64,000 nt of DNA from contig NC_043006.1 of assembly GCF_006345805.1 (NCBI RefSeq), positions 99,944,001 to 100,008,000 of the forward strand, in the 5' to 3' direction. Source of the DNA: Octopus sinensis (taxonomy: Eukaryota). The translations under genes were made by a program, and so were the position numbers. Positions 1-10,790 of this stretch are shown here, piece by piece; the first letter of the stretch is position 1; every line of letters starts with the position of its first letter. Below the pieces are notes generated by a model that was not told the origin of the DNA, searched no databases, and saw only the letters and a list, made by a program, of their open reading frames with translations.

Positions 1-990
1 TGATGAGCAGGGTGGCCAGTCCCACCTAGAAATGGACAGTGAGGAAGCTGTCTTTGAAAGGTCGGGTAGAGTTAACGAATACGTACATCGCATCCACCGT
101 TCACAACCGGCTGACCGTTGTCCCTTGCACTGCTTCGTTGCTGATCAAGCTGAAGCACATGTCCTTCTGTTTTATGTGTTCAGCTCATGAGACGGCCCCA
201 CGTCTCTCAGCAGCCCCTGCGTGGAGGACTGGAAAGCTGTGACTAATGAACCGCAAATACTCGCTGAGGTTACGACATCGCCAGCGTTTATTTGACGAGG
301 AGCAGGTGTGGTAGCCGTTTGTTAGACGGGATTTTCCGCAGCACATCTCAATGTCGGAGCTACAGTCCTCTATAAAGAGATGACAGAGAAAGGGTAACTG
401 GTAGCTGGAGCGTCAGCAAGCACTCACAACTGTAAGTCAGTCGGGTAATACGGTCGGTGGAAGTTCCACATTGGACTTCTACAAAAATTAGTGGCAGGCA
501 AGAGCGTCTTCGGGAAACCTCTGAGCATCGGATGAGATCAAGTGATTGGTCTTTGCCGGAGGGTTTTCGAGCTGGGGCCTATGAATAAATTCCAAAAATC
601 CCTGGCCAGGTAGGCTTACTTGTATGATCTGCAGGTTCGAGACAAACCCTATATGCACAGAAGTGCTGTCTGACGATGACTAACCTGTCCGAGAAGCGCG
701 AAGGGCGAGGAAACAGTTCTGCAATGCACTCGTCCAGTGTCTGGGTAGCATTTGCCCTCTGACTCGGTAGCACTCGTCTTGTATCTCGGTTTTGGTGACT
801 TATAGATGCTTACGAGCATCTGTCGTCGCGTGTAAGACGGATCAAGTTATAAGTTAAATCCATTGATGAGATTGTCCCGCCACCAGTTTTCCTCTGTCTG
901 AAAGAAGCAGTGTAGTGGATGAGACTGAAAGTACTGAAGATAAACACATTCCTCTATGCCTAAAGTCTTATCGGCTTATTTAGTTCTGCT
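1..990 (+). mobile_element. Degenerate 3' part of an L1/Tx1-clade LINE ORF2 (post-RT region and zf-RVT-like remnant)
   Basis: ORF 39-242 LSLKGRVELTNTYIASTVHNRLTVVPC parallels 39097-39339(-) LSLKERAEVANVFIASVITYRLTVVPFP; ~580-760 reads MNKFQKSLAR*..LQVRDK..TCPRS..EETVL, a decayed zf-RVT. Many stops. Confidence 0.7.
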
Positions 991-1272
991 TGAGTTCGAA
1001 AGTGATGTTGGAAAACGAAAATGACGTTAATAAAGGAAATACTCCCCCTCCCTCAGTAATTTTGTTGAAAAATGAACGTAGGACGAACGATAAATGCAAC
1101 GAGGATGACCCATGTGAATGGTCCTACTCTGCGCATGCGTCTGTAGATAGGAGGTAATGGAGAAGAAAGGAATACCTCCCGAGGTTAGGGTTGTCCAGAA
1201 TGTGATGGATACTTTGATTGCCTCTGGACAGAACTTTTTCCCCATTTTGGGGGAAGTTTATTGTTCAAAATT

Positions 1273-2231
1273 TTATTACCTCCGACTTAACGATGGTGGA
1301 GCTATTGTTTTCAGTCGTGTTTATTTGTTTGTCCATGGACCAGATATCTCAAGAACCGCTCGATGGATTCGGATGAAACTTTCAAGGATGTTTGGATTCA
1401 TGATTGACACGAACTGATTAGATTTGGGAATCGATCCGATATCGGACAACAATTCTGCATTATTTGTTATATTTACTTTACTTTACATGAAGTATTACGA
1501 TCTTAGATTGCATTACAAATCTTTCTCTGATTATCTCCCTTGAAATCAGGCCCATTGTTATGGCGGCGATGATGTTTCCAAAGTTTTTTTTTTTCATTTC
1601 TCCATAATTAATTTTACTCGCTTCTCTCTCTCTTAGTAGAAACTGATGCATAAAGAAATCAAACCACGTAAAGAAACGGCAACAAAACCGTTCAGAAATT
1701 AAATACTAACATATTCAGTAACCATAATAAATTTAATGCATCCTCGACAATTCCTAGTTTTACCAATTTTGAACATACCGCTCCGGTTTAAAATCTCTTG
1801 ACATTTGCATTTCTAGGTCTACCTGTGCGCAATGATATTGCTAAACCTCCGTTAACAGCACCGTAAGCAGGTCCATTCCGCTTTCTTTCACGCACGATAA
1901 ATTTTTCACTACAGACCTTAAAGACACTATATCAGTGGATAGACTAAAAACGGCCTTTATAGAGAATACTGTCCCTGTTCCCACTGCAGACGACATGCAT
2001 ACAGCATTACAAACACGGCCAGGGCAAGGATTCTGGATTATTTTTCCATTTTTTATTTTATTTATTTATTTATTTTTACTTAAAACTTGATAGCGGCCGG
2101 GTTTATTTCTAGTATTCTCGTTTGTGAGTTTATTTGAGATATTCTTATTTTAAAAATCATCTCAGGCTTATCGTTGAGAGAACGCTGGTGTTGTCTTGGA
2201 AGGGGTCTGCGATGTCTGTGTGCTCTTGTTT
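1273..2231 (+). mobile_element. Probable non-autonomous Helentron-type (HINE/DINE-like) repeat, interrupted
   Basis: Starts TTATTACCTCCGAC..GTTTTCAGTCGTGTTTATTTGTTTGTCC and ends GGAAGGGGTCTGCGATGTCTGTGTGCTCTTGTT, resembling the ACCTCCG/CGGAGGT subterminal-repeat layout of such elements; right end decayed. Assigned from memory. Confidence 0.45.
1822..1970 (+). mobile_element. Gypsy/Ty3 integrase C-terminal (GPY/F module) remnant
   Basis: VRNDIAKPPLTAP*AGPFRFLSRT, then after a frameshift DKFFTTDLKDTISVDRLKTAFIE; matches PL.PPY.GP[FY]...S.DRLK.A of Gypsy integrases. Confidence 0.65.
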
Positions 2232-2354
2232 ATTTTTATTGTTTTCCACTCTTTGCACACACTATTCGTAAATTCCTACTGTCCTTTGTGTTCTCTCATT
2301 CTTTGCTTTTGTGCGCAGCTTTTGTGGCCTATAAAGAAAGGATCATTATTAAGA

Positions 2355-3115
2355 CGGTGAGCTTGCAGATTTGTTAGTACCCGAGGCAAAATATTCAGCG
2401 GCTTTTCGTCCGTTTTTATGTTCTAAATTCAAATACCGCCGTGGTCGACTTTCCCTTTCATCTTTCCGGGTTCAATGAAAATAGTTAAGTAATGAGGTTC
2501 GATGTAGTCGAACTCTCCCTCCCTTCAAACACAACTGGTCCTGTGTCATTATTTGAGCACTAGGGTTGATGGAATCGACCAGCGCTCTCCCCGGAAATTA
2601 TTGGCCGTGAGTCAGTATTTGAATTACTACTACTACTACTACTACGACGACGACGACGACGACGATGACTACTACTACTACTACTGTTACTGAAGCTGTC
2701 AACTGGCAAATTTCTCAGCACGTCAGAAAAATGCTTAACAGTATTTCTGCCGTTTTTATGTCCCGAGTCGCATTGTTCCCGAGGTCGATTTCACTTTTCA
2801 TCCATTTCGGAATATAATAATTACCAGTTAAGTAATGGAGATCAGTGTCAATGACCTCTTCTCCCCCTCATATGTGCTGTCCTTGTGACAAAGATTAGAA
2901 ACAATTATAGTTATTATTATTATTTTTACGGTTGTGTTATGACTGCGAACCAGCAAATTCGTGAATACGTTGTTTTTACGTTCTGAGTTCAAATTCCACC
3001 GGGCTCGGCATTTACTTTCATCGTTTCGGGACCAATAAAATAAGTAGCAGTTGAGTACTCGGGTGGACGTAATCGGCTAGCCCCCTTCCCAAAATTTAGG
3101 CCTTGTTTCAGGCTA
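2355..3115 (+). mobile_element. Three degenerate copies of tRNA-derived SINE family B (~2355-2600, 2690-2900, 2930-3115)
   Basis: Each has a TTCAAATTCC..GAGGTCGAC/TTT..CTTTCATCC..TCGG..ATAAAATAAGTA..AGT-like core shared with 32230-32412 and 61845-62092. Confidence 0.7.
2627..2690. repeat. Compound (ACT)n(ACG)n(ACT)n microsatellite
   Basis: Seen directly. Confidence 0.95.
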
Positions 3116-5082
3116 AGTTCAGGATTATTATTACTATTGTGACTCAAATGCGAGAGAAATTCATTGTGTATTGTGGAAATTTTGCAAAATCATCCCGTAT
3201 AATTTGTCATGCATATCCACCTACACGAGTGGATATTGCAACAATTTCCAATTTCCAGATTATCATCATGGCTCGGCTTCGCGAACGAAGACCAGGAAGG
3301 CTATAAAATGATATGTATATAAACTATCAAGTCAAATCGCATTATTTCACGGCTGTTATAAAAAATAGCGTTATAAAAAATAGCGTTTCCTTCGAAGTGA
3401 AAGAAAAATAGTCTGATATCAAAGACTACTTACAAACATTTTTAATATTTTATAAGTTAAATATATGATTTGTAATTATAGTTAAAAAGTTAGTCACAGT
3501 TGTTTATTGATTTACAGCTTTCAAAACAAATTTAGATATATGTGAAGTTAAGAATTAAGAGGAAATTTCAGTTGTTTAGACTATTAATACGCACAGGATG
3601 AAGCTCCAAATGACACGAATTTATCATGAATCTAAATGTGTTTTAAATGACTGCTATAAAGTTATCACAAACAGATCGTTCTATGAGGAACATAATGAAT
3701 TAAAAGGAAAGAGTGAAATGATCTCGTGCCAAGTTTATTTGAGAATAATCATTTAGTCATTAAGAAGAAGTAGTTATGAAAGATGATATGGTTTAGAGAG
3801 TAGTAATATTTGAATTCAACTCTAGAGGAAATTGTAATTACTTAAAGTTTATACTTTTTTTAGCTTATAGAGTTAAAGAATTATGCGTAAGAGAATGTGA
3901 CAAACATTTATGTATAAAAACCGTTTTATATGACAGAAAAAAGATTATAAACAAAGAAATCTAGTAATACTTTGTTAGATATTTAAGGAGAAAGTTTTAT
4001 CTTCTTTACATATAGAGCAGCTTTGTACGTTAATAATGGATAGAATTTAATAATAAGAAGGTTTATTGTCTTAACGTATGGTAAAGAGATGATTTGTTTA
4101 CAGACATGTGTAATTAGGCGATTTAAAATGCGAATTAGAAACAAAGTTAAGAAATTTAATAAGAAAGAGTAGCAAACAATAGTGACACGTAACTCATAAT
4201 AAAAACCAAATACAGTGAGGTACAATAGGTTTTACGAAGTAACGAAAGAATGGTTAAATATAGCACGAACTCATGAGGTAGAAAATTTAATGTTGTTATA
4301 GTTATACGCGATTATAACAGTTAGCGTACATAAGATATGATTATTTTGTGTATATGATAGGTGTGCGTATATTAGGTGAAATTAATGCATGAGGAGAAAC
4401 AATTTATGTTGTGGAATAGGGTTGATGTTACGAAAAGTAATATATAATTCAAATATGATTGTCAGTTATTTGTTCGAATCACAGTAACAAGGTTTGCTTT
4501 TAAAATATTGATTTACTATTGGGAGATATATGCTATAACTTGTAAGGGTATGATTTCAATAATTTTATTCTCCTGGTGTTGTAGCTAAGGGATATCTGTT
4601 GAAGTTGTTAGTATGGTTTGCTGTATCATTGTCTTGTCTGTATAAATAATTGAAAATTTAGTTAAGCTATGTTCACGTGAATAATGCGTATAATGGAACT
4701 AGATGTACAAACTGTTACTATATAACCCATTGTTAGTAGTAGCCCTAATTCGACTGAAATAAAATTTGGCATGTGAGAATATTTGGATGGTAGCGACAAG
4801 GAGTGTTATTTAAAGGCAAAGGTAATGACATATTGTCGCTATCACCTATACAACGGTTCATTTAAAGTAACATATAAATGTGTATTATGAAAAAGTACAT
4901 GCACAAAATTGTGCGGTACGCAAAACTTTATCGCGAAGAATGGGATAATGTGAAAAAAGCTGAAGCTGAATGAAATAGTTTGGTGGGGAACATATCAATA
5001 CACAGCTAAAAAGCATACACGATATCATGGGAAGCGAATATAAATCTGGGTCAAAAAGCCAACATATGTCGGTTTCAGATTT

Positions 5083-5430
5083 TGGTACAAGGTATCATTT
5101 TGTGGAGAGGGACTATGTCGATTAGATTGACCCCAGTATCCAGCTGGTACTTATGCTAACGGCGCTGAAAGGATGAAAGGTAAACCAGATCGCAGCGGAA
5201 TTTCAAATGAGAACATAGATTCGGAAGAAATGCCACCAAGCACTTTTCTTGGTGTCTAACGATTCTGCCAGATCGCCAACTTAATGGCAAAATGTACTGA
5301 TTTCAATTTTTGGAGCAATGCCAGCAACGTCGGGGAAGGAGCAAGTCGATTACACCGACCCCAATGTTCAACTTCTTATCGATACCGAAATGATGAAAGG
5401 CAGAGTCGACATCGCTGGAATTTTAAACGC
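5083..5430 (-). mobile_element. Two degenerate family-B SINE copies (~5083-5285, 5300-5430)
   Basis: Reverse-complement core (GTCGATTA..GACCCCAGT..CTGGTACTTAT..GAAAGGATGAAAGG..) and 5' end AACGATTCTGCCAGATCGCC. Confidence 0.65.
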
Positions 5431-6972
5431 GTCTTATATTAAAATAAAGAAATATTTACCAAATCAAACCATCAGCACCCTTATATACAAAATAGTGGCA
5501 TAACGGTTAAAAGTATAATCAAGCAGATATACCATACAAGGATATCGTTGTTCGAGAATAAATGGAAAAGAATATAAACATAAAGAAACAATTTTTAAAA
5601 GATGTTACTAATTAGGCTCTTAAGTGGATTGAAATGCTTGTAAATATTAATTAGGGCTTGATGAGAAATTTGCTGCGATAATAATGTAAACAAAAAAATA
5701 TTGAGGTGCAATAAAATGATAAAATAAAAGAAGTTCTTATATTGTTTAAAGGTAAGCAGGTGTTTCAGTTGTAATTTGATACACCGCTGATTTCAGAATC
5801 TGTAATAAATTATTTCAATGGCTGTTCATATAATTTGCGTTTCTATATTGTTTCTCTCTTATATATGTACATGTATGTGCGTGCGTTATCCAAATTGATA
5901 GAGATTTCGTTTATGAATTTTGAAGAAATATTTGACTTGCGTGATTGTTATTTTTGTGTTTTTGTAATCTAGCTTTGTACATCCCGGAGGCTATTCTTGT
6001 ATCTCTAAAATTTATATTTTTCATTAACGGCAAACATCTCCTTCGGGCGATTAAATAATCTTATTTATAGGTAAACGTTTATTGCGCGGAAACACGTTTT
6101 AGAGATTATTGTTGTTTTCCGTTTATTATAAAACTAAAACGCTCCTCCACTTTAATTTTTTGATGAACTGTCACATTTTCTGTAGTGAACCCTTTAGGGA
6201 GTTTATCTTATATAAAACACAGTTACTTGTTTGGCAAAAATATCTATTTGTGATTCAATGTATTTCGGTAGTGTTTATTAAATGGCGAAAAAATAGGAAT
6301 GTATTTATTAGAATATGTTTATATGTTAAAAGAAAAAAAAAAGAAAAAACAAAAACAAAAATGAAGAATGAAATATTCGTTTGTACTTTCGTAGAATACA
6401 GTAAATTTAGATATCAAAATAGAAACACAAGTTCGAAATGGTTTCATATTTAGTAAATTTTTCCAAGTGATTTTAAAAGATTCTATCATTTCCAATACGT
6501 TCTTATTAGGATAAGATATCTTAAGTGAGCATTCATAACAGTAAAGTAGCTAGACTGTTAATTATTAAGAAGGGTTCAACAAAAGCCGGTGGTATCATTT
6601 GATATATAAAATAACTTACAAAAGATAGAAAAATATCAAATGATCGCGGTAGACGGTTTCAAACAATGGAAATAACTTACGACGATTAATATTAGCAAAA
6701 TTTAGAATTTTATTGAATTCTAGAAAAGAAGATAATATTGCGTGTCTCAATAAACAATCATGAGTATAAATATAGGTTTTTTTTATGGAGGATTTAAACA
6801 ATTCATCATTTATATTCCTATTTGTGCGCGTATACGTGCATATCATTGTGTGGGTGTGTATACATGCATACATACTACAAACATACATATATACATACAC
6901 AAACGCGCGTCCACACACACACATACTACGCGCGCGCACACAAACACATACACATATAAATATATATAAATA

Positions 6973-7837
6973 CAGAGTGCGGTGATTGAATTGTCCTCTA
7001 AATTACGCAAATATGAAAATAACATTAATATTTCATTTTAAAAGATATATTTACCAAAATTACAATAAAATATCTTGAAATGCTTAACAGTATATTTATT
7101 CTATAAAATCGAAATTGGTTTCAACTACGGCCTCAGGCGACTTTGGACTCTCCTGCAACTCTTCTGGACGGTCTCCTTGTTTAAGTTGGTGAATGCTGCC
7201 CTAATCCTTCCCTTCAGTTCATCTTCGATATTACAAGGAGTTTTGTTGGTCTCTCGTTCAATTGCGCCCCACACATAATAATCAAGGGGTAGCAGTCTGA
7301 GGAGGTAGATGTTAGGAGTGATGTGGTCCCGGAAATTGCCTGACAGCCATAATTGCGTTCTCCTGTTTGTGCGGCATGGTGCAGAGTCCTGTTGCCAGAC
7401 ATAAGATCTTCTAGTAGCCACCCTCTTCACCCAGGGCCGCACTACCTCCTCCAGGCACTTGATGTAGGCCTCCGTGTTGAATCTGAGGCCGTGTGAGACG
7501 ATGAAAGAAGGCATGACGACATCATCACTAGTGATTACTCCAAACACCATGATGTTGTCTGGATGCTTGATATTTATCACTCTCGGAATATGTCCTCAGG
7601 TGGACACCCCACACATTGTCAAATGTTCGTATTGGAGCTTCCGGCGCGAATGCTAAGCAATACAGTATGTCGTTTCCAATTTTCTGGCGGTGGGAATTGC
7701 GTGATGCATGTGTTTTCTCTCACATACCGTGCCCAACAGACCCTACTATATTATGTAGTCGACAAAATGAAAACCACACATTGTGCATGCGCGAAATTAA
7801 TAATATAAAATGACGCCAATTTACATATTGCAACCTG
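6973..7837 (-). mobile_element. Internally deleted Tc1/mariner element, maT (DD37D)-like, TA target duplication
   Basis: ORF 7125-7580(-) MVFGVITS..YVWQQDSAP..PLDYYVWG..; imperfect TIRs CAGAGTGCGGTGATTGAATTG and CAATTTACATATTGCAACCTG, with TA at 6971-6972 and 7838-7839. N-terminal half missing. Confidence 0.85.
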
Positions 7838-7853
7838 TATGTGTGTATGTATG

Positions 7854-7887
<34 letters not shown>

Positions 7888-7899
7888 TGTATGTATGGG

Positions 7900-8100
7900 G
7901 AATATATCTTTTATCTTTTACTGTTTCCATCATTAAACTGCGGCTAGGCTGGGGCACCGCATTGAAGAATTTTAATCAGACAACTCGGCCCCAGTACTTC
8001 GGTTAATGATGGATACTTATTCGATTGTATCTTTTACCAAACCGTTAACATACGGGAACGTAAACACGTTTACAAACGATGCTGGGGTACATTCATGGAG
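7900..8100 (-). mobile_element. Degenerate 3' half of family-A SINE
   Basis: TTTTACTGTTTCCATCATTAAACTGCGGCTAGGCTGGGGCACCGC is a decayed reverse complement of the family-A 3' end. Confidence 0.55.
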
Positions 8101-8289
8101 ACAAAGACATATTCACGTACACACACACATACACATACACAAACACACACACATACACACAAACACGCACATAAACGAACAATCACACGCATACATACAA
8201 TCACGCACATAAACACACATACACACTGACAAACACAGCCGCACACAGATTTGCACGAGTGCGAACCACCCTCACCGTATGTGTGTGCA

Positions 8290-8760
8290 TATGAATGTAT
8301 ATATATATATAAAGTTAATCCAAACAAGAAAACACAAAAACCCAAAAAAAACACAACAACGCGAGGACGTGGAACAAATAAAGTATTATTGGACGCTCAA
8401 GAAAGAAGGGAAGAAGGATGGTTCAACGTTTCGAGCGGAGGTCTTCGTCGGAAACATAGGAGAAGGAAAGATCCCGAGAAGGGAAGACAGAGGAAAAAAA
8501 AACGCCAGCGGTACTCACGAGGTCATACATATATACAGATATGTAATTCTAACTTCGTTTTAGTTTCTGTTCTTGTATACATTCGTTTGCTTTTCTCAAA
8601 GGGTTAATTCTGTTAGCTTAAGTCCCTGGCACCCAGTAGATTCGAGTTGGGGGCGAAACTCCTTGCCACCCAGCAGATTCGAGTTGGCGGAGATAAGGTG
8701 ACGAAATTACATGGGTTTTCCGAACTCCGGCCGATGAGGAAATCGGCTGCGAATGGTCCG
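8290..8760 (-). mobile_element. Penelope-like pseudo-LTR/3' end (GIY-YIG C-terminal remnant, hammerhead motif, (TA)n end)
   Basis: Minus strand ~8620-8590 reads GT*ANRIN (cf. LGTLAP.GIN at PLE C-termini), followed by a hammerhead-like motif at 8455-8421 and (TA)n at ~8280. Confidence 0.5.
8421..8455 (-). ncRNA. Degenerate minimal type-I hammerhead motif (CCGACGA core)
   Basis: GUUU-CCGACGA-A-GACC-UCC-GCUC-GAAA-CG-UU-GAAC: helix I GUUU/GAAC, helix II with one C.C mismatch, palindromic ACGU helix III. Confidence 0.55.
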
Positions 8761-9136
8761 TGTATCTTGTTTTTTGCCATGTTTGCTGTTTGTGCTGCTA
8801 TCGTCTATTTTTCTGCATGCTGTATTTGGTAGGTTTCTATTTATTATGTTCCTTTTCTTCTGTTCTACCTTTGATATATATATATATATATAATATATAT
8901 ATATATATATTATATATATTATATATATATATATATATATAATATATTATATAAAAGGGCTTAGTAAAATAAATTACTTTGCCGCATACTGAACTCATTA
9001 GAAATAGCAGCTAAAAAACTTTTTTAAAGCTATTTCTAATACTTAAAGAAAATCTCTCTCATATATAGTGTTTGCTTAATTCAACTCACAAAAGTTTGGG
9101 GGTAAGGACATCGAAAAATCAAATGCTAAGGTTATT

Positions 9137-9187
9137 TGAGACGTACGTTTCAAGATTAGTCAAAACAACACTTCTATCATCAGCTCA
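9137..9187 (-). ncRNA. Hammerhead motif, copy A (1-nt deletion at the predicted cleavage site)
   Basis: Reverse complement of the B/C motif, but reads ACGUACGU-CUCA, lacking N17. Confidence 0.6.
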
Positions 9188-9627
9188 GAAATTCCTTGGT
9201 TTGGATTTGGAAACAGTGAAAATAAGAAAATACCCTTTCGAAGATCTGCTCGTAACTAACAGTGCCAACAAATTCAAATAAGCAAGCGAAGAATCTCTGT
9301 TCTCCCCTTTCCACCAGCGTGGGTTAAAATCATCAAACACTATGCTTATTTCGGTAAAATCCGAAGCATTAATCAGAGGGAGATTAAATAATTTCAACAA
9401 TTGAGGGCAAAATTAATTAATTATTAATCAATTCATTAATCAATTATGCTTCGGATTTTACCGAAATAAGCATAGGTTTGATGATTTTAACCCACGCTGG
9501 TGGAAAGAGGGAGAACAGAGATTCTTCGCTTGCTTATTTGAATTTGTTGGCACTGTTAGTTACGAGCAGATCTTCGAAAGGGTATGTTCTTATTTTCAGT
9601 GTTTCCAAATCCAAACCAAGGAATTTC

Positions 9628-9678
9628 TGAGCTGATGATAGAAGTGTGTTTTGACTAATCTTGAAACGTACGTTCTCA
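9628..9678 (+). ncRNA. Minimal type-I hammerhead ribozyme motif, copy B
   Basis: TGAG(9628-31) CTGATGA(9632-38) helix II(9639-62) GAAA(9663-66) CGTACG T T(9674) CTCA(9675-78); 4-bp helix I, palindromic ACGTACGT helix III, GUU triplet. Confidence 0.75.
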
Positions 9679-10160
9679 AATAACCTTAGCATTTGATTTT
9701 TCGATGTCCTTACCCCAAATTGTGGAGTTGAATTAAGCAACACTATATATGAGAGAGATTTTCTTTAAGTATTAGAAATAGCTTTAAAAAAGTTTTTTAG
9801 CTGCTATTCTAATGAGTTCAGTATGCGGCAAAGTAATTTATTTTCTAAGCCCTTTTATATAAGTAATAATTTGAATTCGCCTGAATGGTCCCTTTGCATA
9901 CTGAACACTGGTGAAATTGATTAATAATTAATTAATTTGCCCTCAATTGTTGAAATTATAATTAATCTCCCTCTGATTAATGCTTCGGATTTTACCGAAA
10001 TAAGCATAGTGTTTGATGATTTTAACCCACGCTGGTGGAAAGGGGAGAACAGAGATTCTTCGCTTGCTTATTTGAATTTGTTGGCACTGTTAGTACGAGC
10101 AGATCTTCGAAAGGGTATGTTCTTATTTTCAGTGTTTCCAAATCCAAACCAAGGAATTTC

Positions 10161-10212
10161 TGAGCTGATGATAGAAGTGTTGTTTTGACTAATCTTGAAA
10201 CGTACGTTCTCA
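10161..10212 (+). ncRNA. Minimal type-I hammerhead ribozyme motif, copy C
   Basis: TGAG CTGATGA(10165-71) TAGAAGTGTTGTTTTGACTAATCTT GAAA(10197-200) CGTACG TT(10207-08) CTCA. Confidence 0.75.
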
Positions 10213-10502
10213 AATAACCTTAGCATTTGATTTTTCGATGTCCTACCCCCAAACTTTTGTGAGTTGAATTAAGCAAACACTATATATGAGAGAGATTTTC
10301 TTTAAGTATTAGAAATAGCTTAAAAAAGTTTTTTAGCTGCTATTCTAATGAGTTCAGTATGCGGCAAAGTATATTTATTTTACTAAGCCCTTTTATATAA
10401 TGTAATAATTTGAATTCGCCTGAATGGTCCCTTTGCATACTGAAAACTTGGTGAAATTGATTAATAATAATTAAATTTGCCCTCAATTGTTGAAATATAT
10501 AT

Positions 10503-10539
<37 letters not shown>

Positions 10540-10542
<3 letters not shown>

Positions 10543-10790
10543 TGCCCCAGCATGGTCACAGCTCATAAGCTGAAACTAGAATCAATCAATCAATCAATCA
10601 ATCATATATATATATATATATATATGCACACATACATAAATACAAACATGCATTTATGCGACCGGCTTCTTTCAGCTTCCGTCTACCAAATCCAGTCACA
10701 AGTACGTATGCAGAGAGCTCGACATTTACTCAAGGATGAACTGCCTTGTAGCCAGGAGGCAAACTTCCTACCCTAAAGCCACGCCAAGAA
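10540..10790. mobile_element. SINE fragments: plus-strand 3' end with (TCAA)n tail, and minus-strand 5' half of family A
   Basis: GGTGCCCCAGCATGGTCACAGC..(ATCA)n; GGCTTCTTTCAGCTTCCGTCTACCAAATCC is the reverse complement of the family-A core. Confidence 0.6.

Larger units (their letters stand above)
8948..10496. repeat. Array of a ~534-bp unit: inverted copy A (8948-9434), tandem copies B (9446-9979) and C (9980-10496), between (TA)n tracts
   Basis: ATGCTTCGGATTTTACCG at 9446 and 9980 (period 534); copy A is the reverse complement. Copies differ mainly by 1-nt indels. Confidence 0.95.

Noticed and set aside
3330-5010. Long AT-rich, SSR-free stretch that may be an ancient LINE
   Set aside because: I could not read convincing endonuclease or RT motifs in any frame.
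9072-10213. Repeated 63-83 aa ORFs in the array
   Set aside because: No recognisable domain, and the frames differ between copies through indels.
10415-10455. Second hammerhead-like string in the 534-bp unit (TTCGC-CTGAATG..GAAA-ACTTG-GTGAA) with a 5-bp helix I
   Set aside because: The core lacks G8/A9, no helix II forms, N17 would be G, and copy B differs here.
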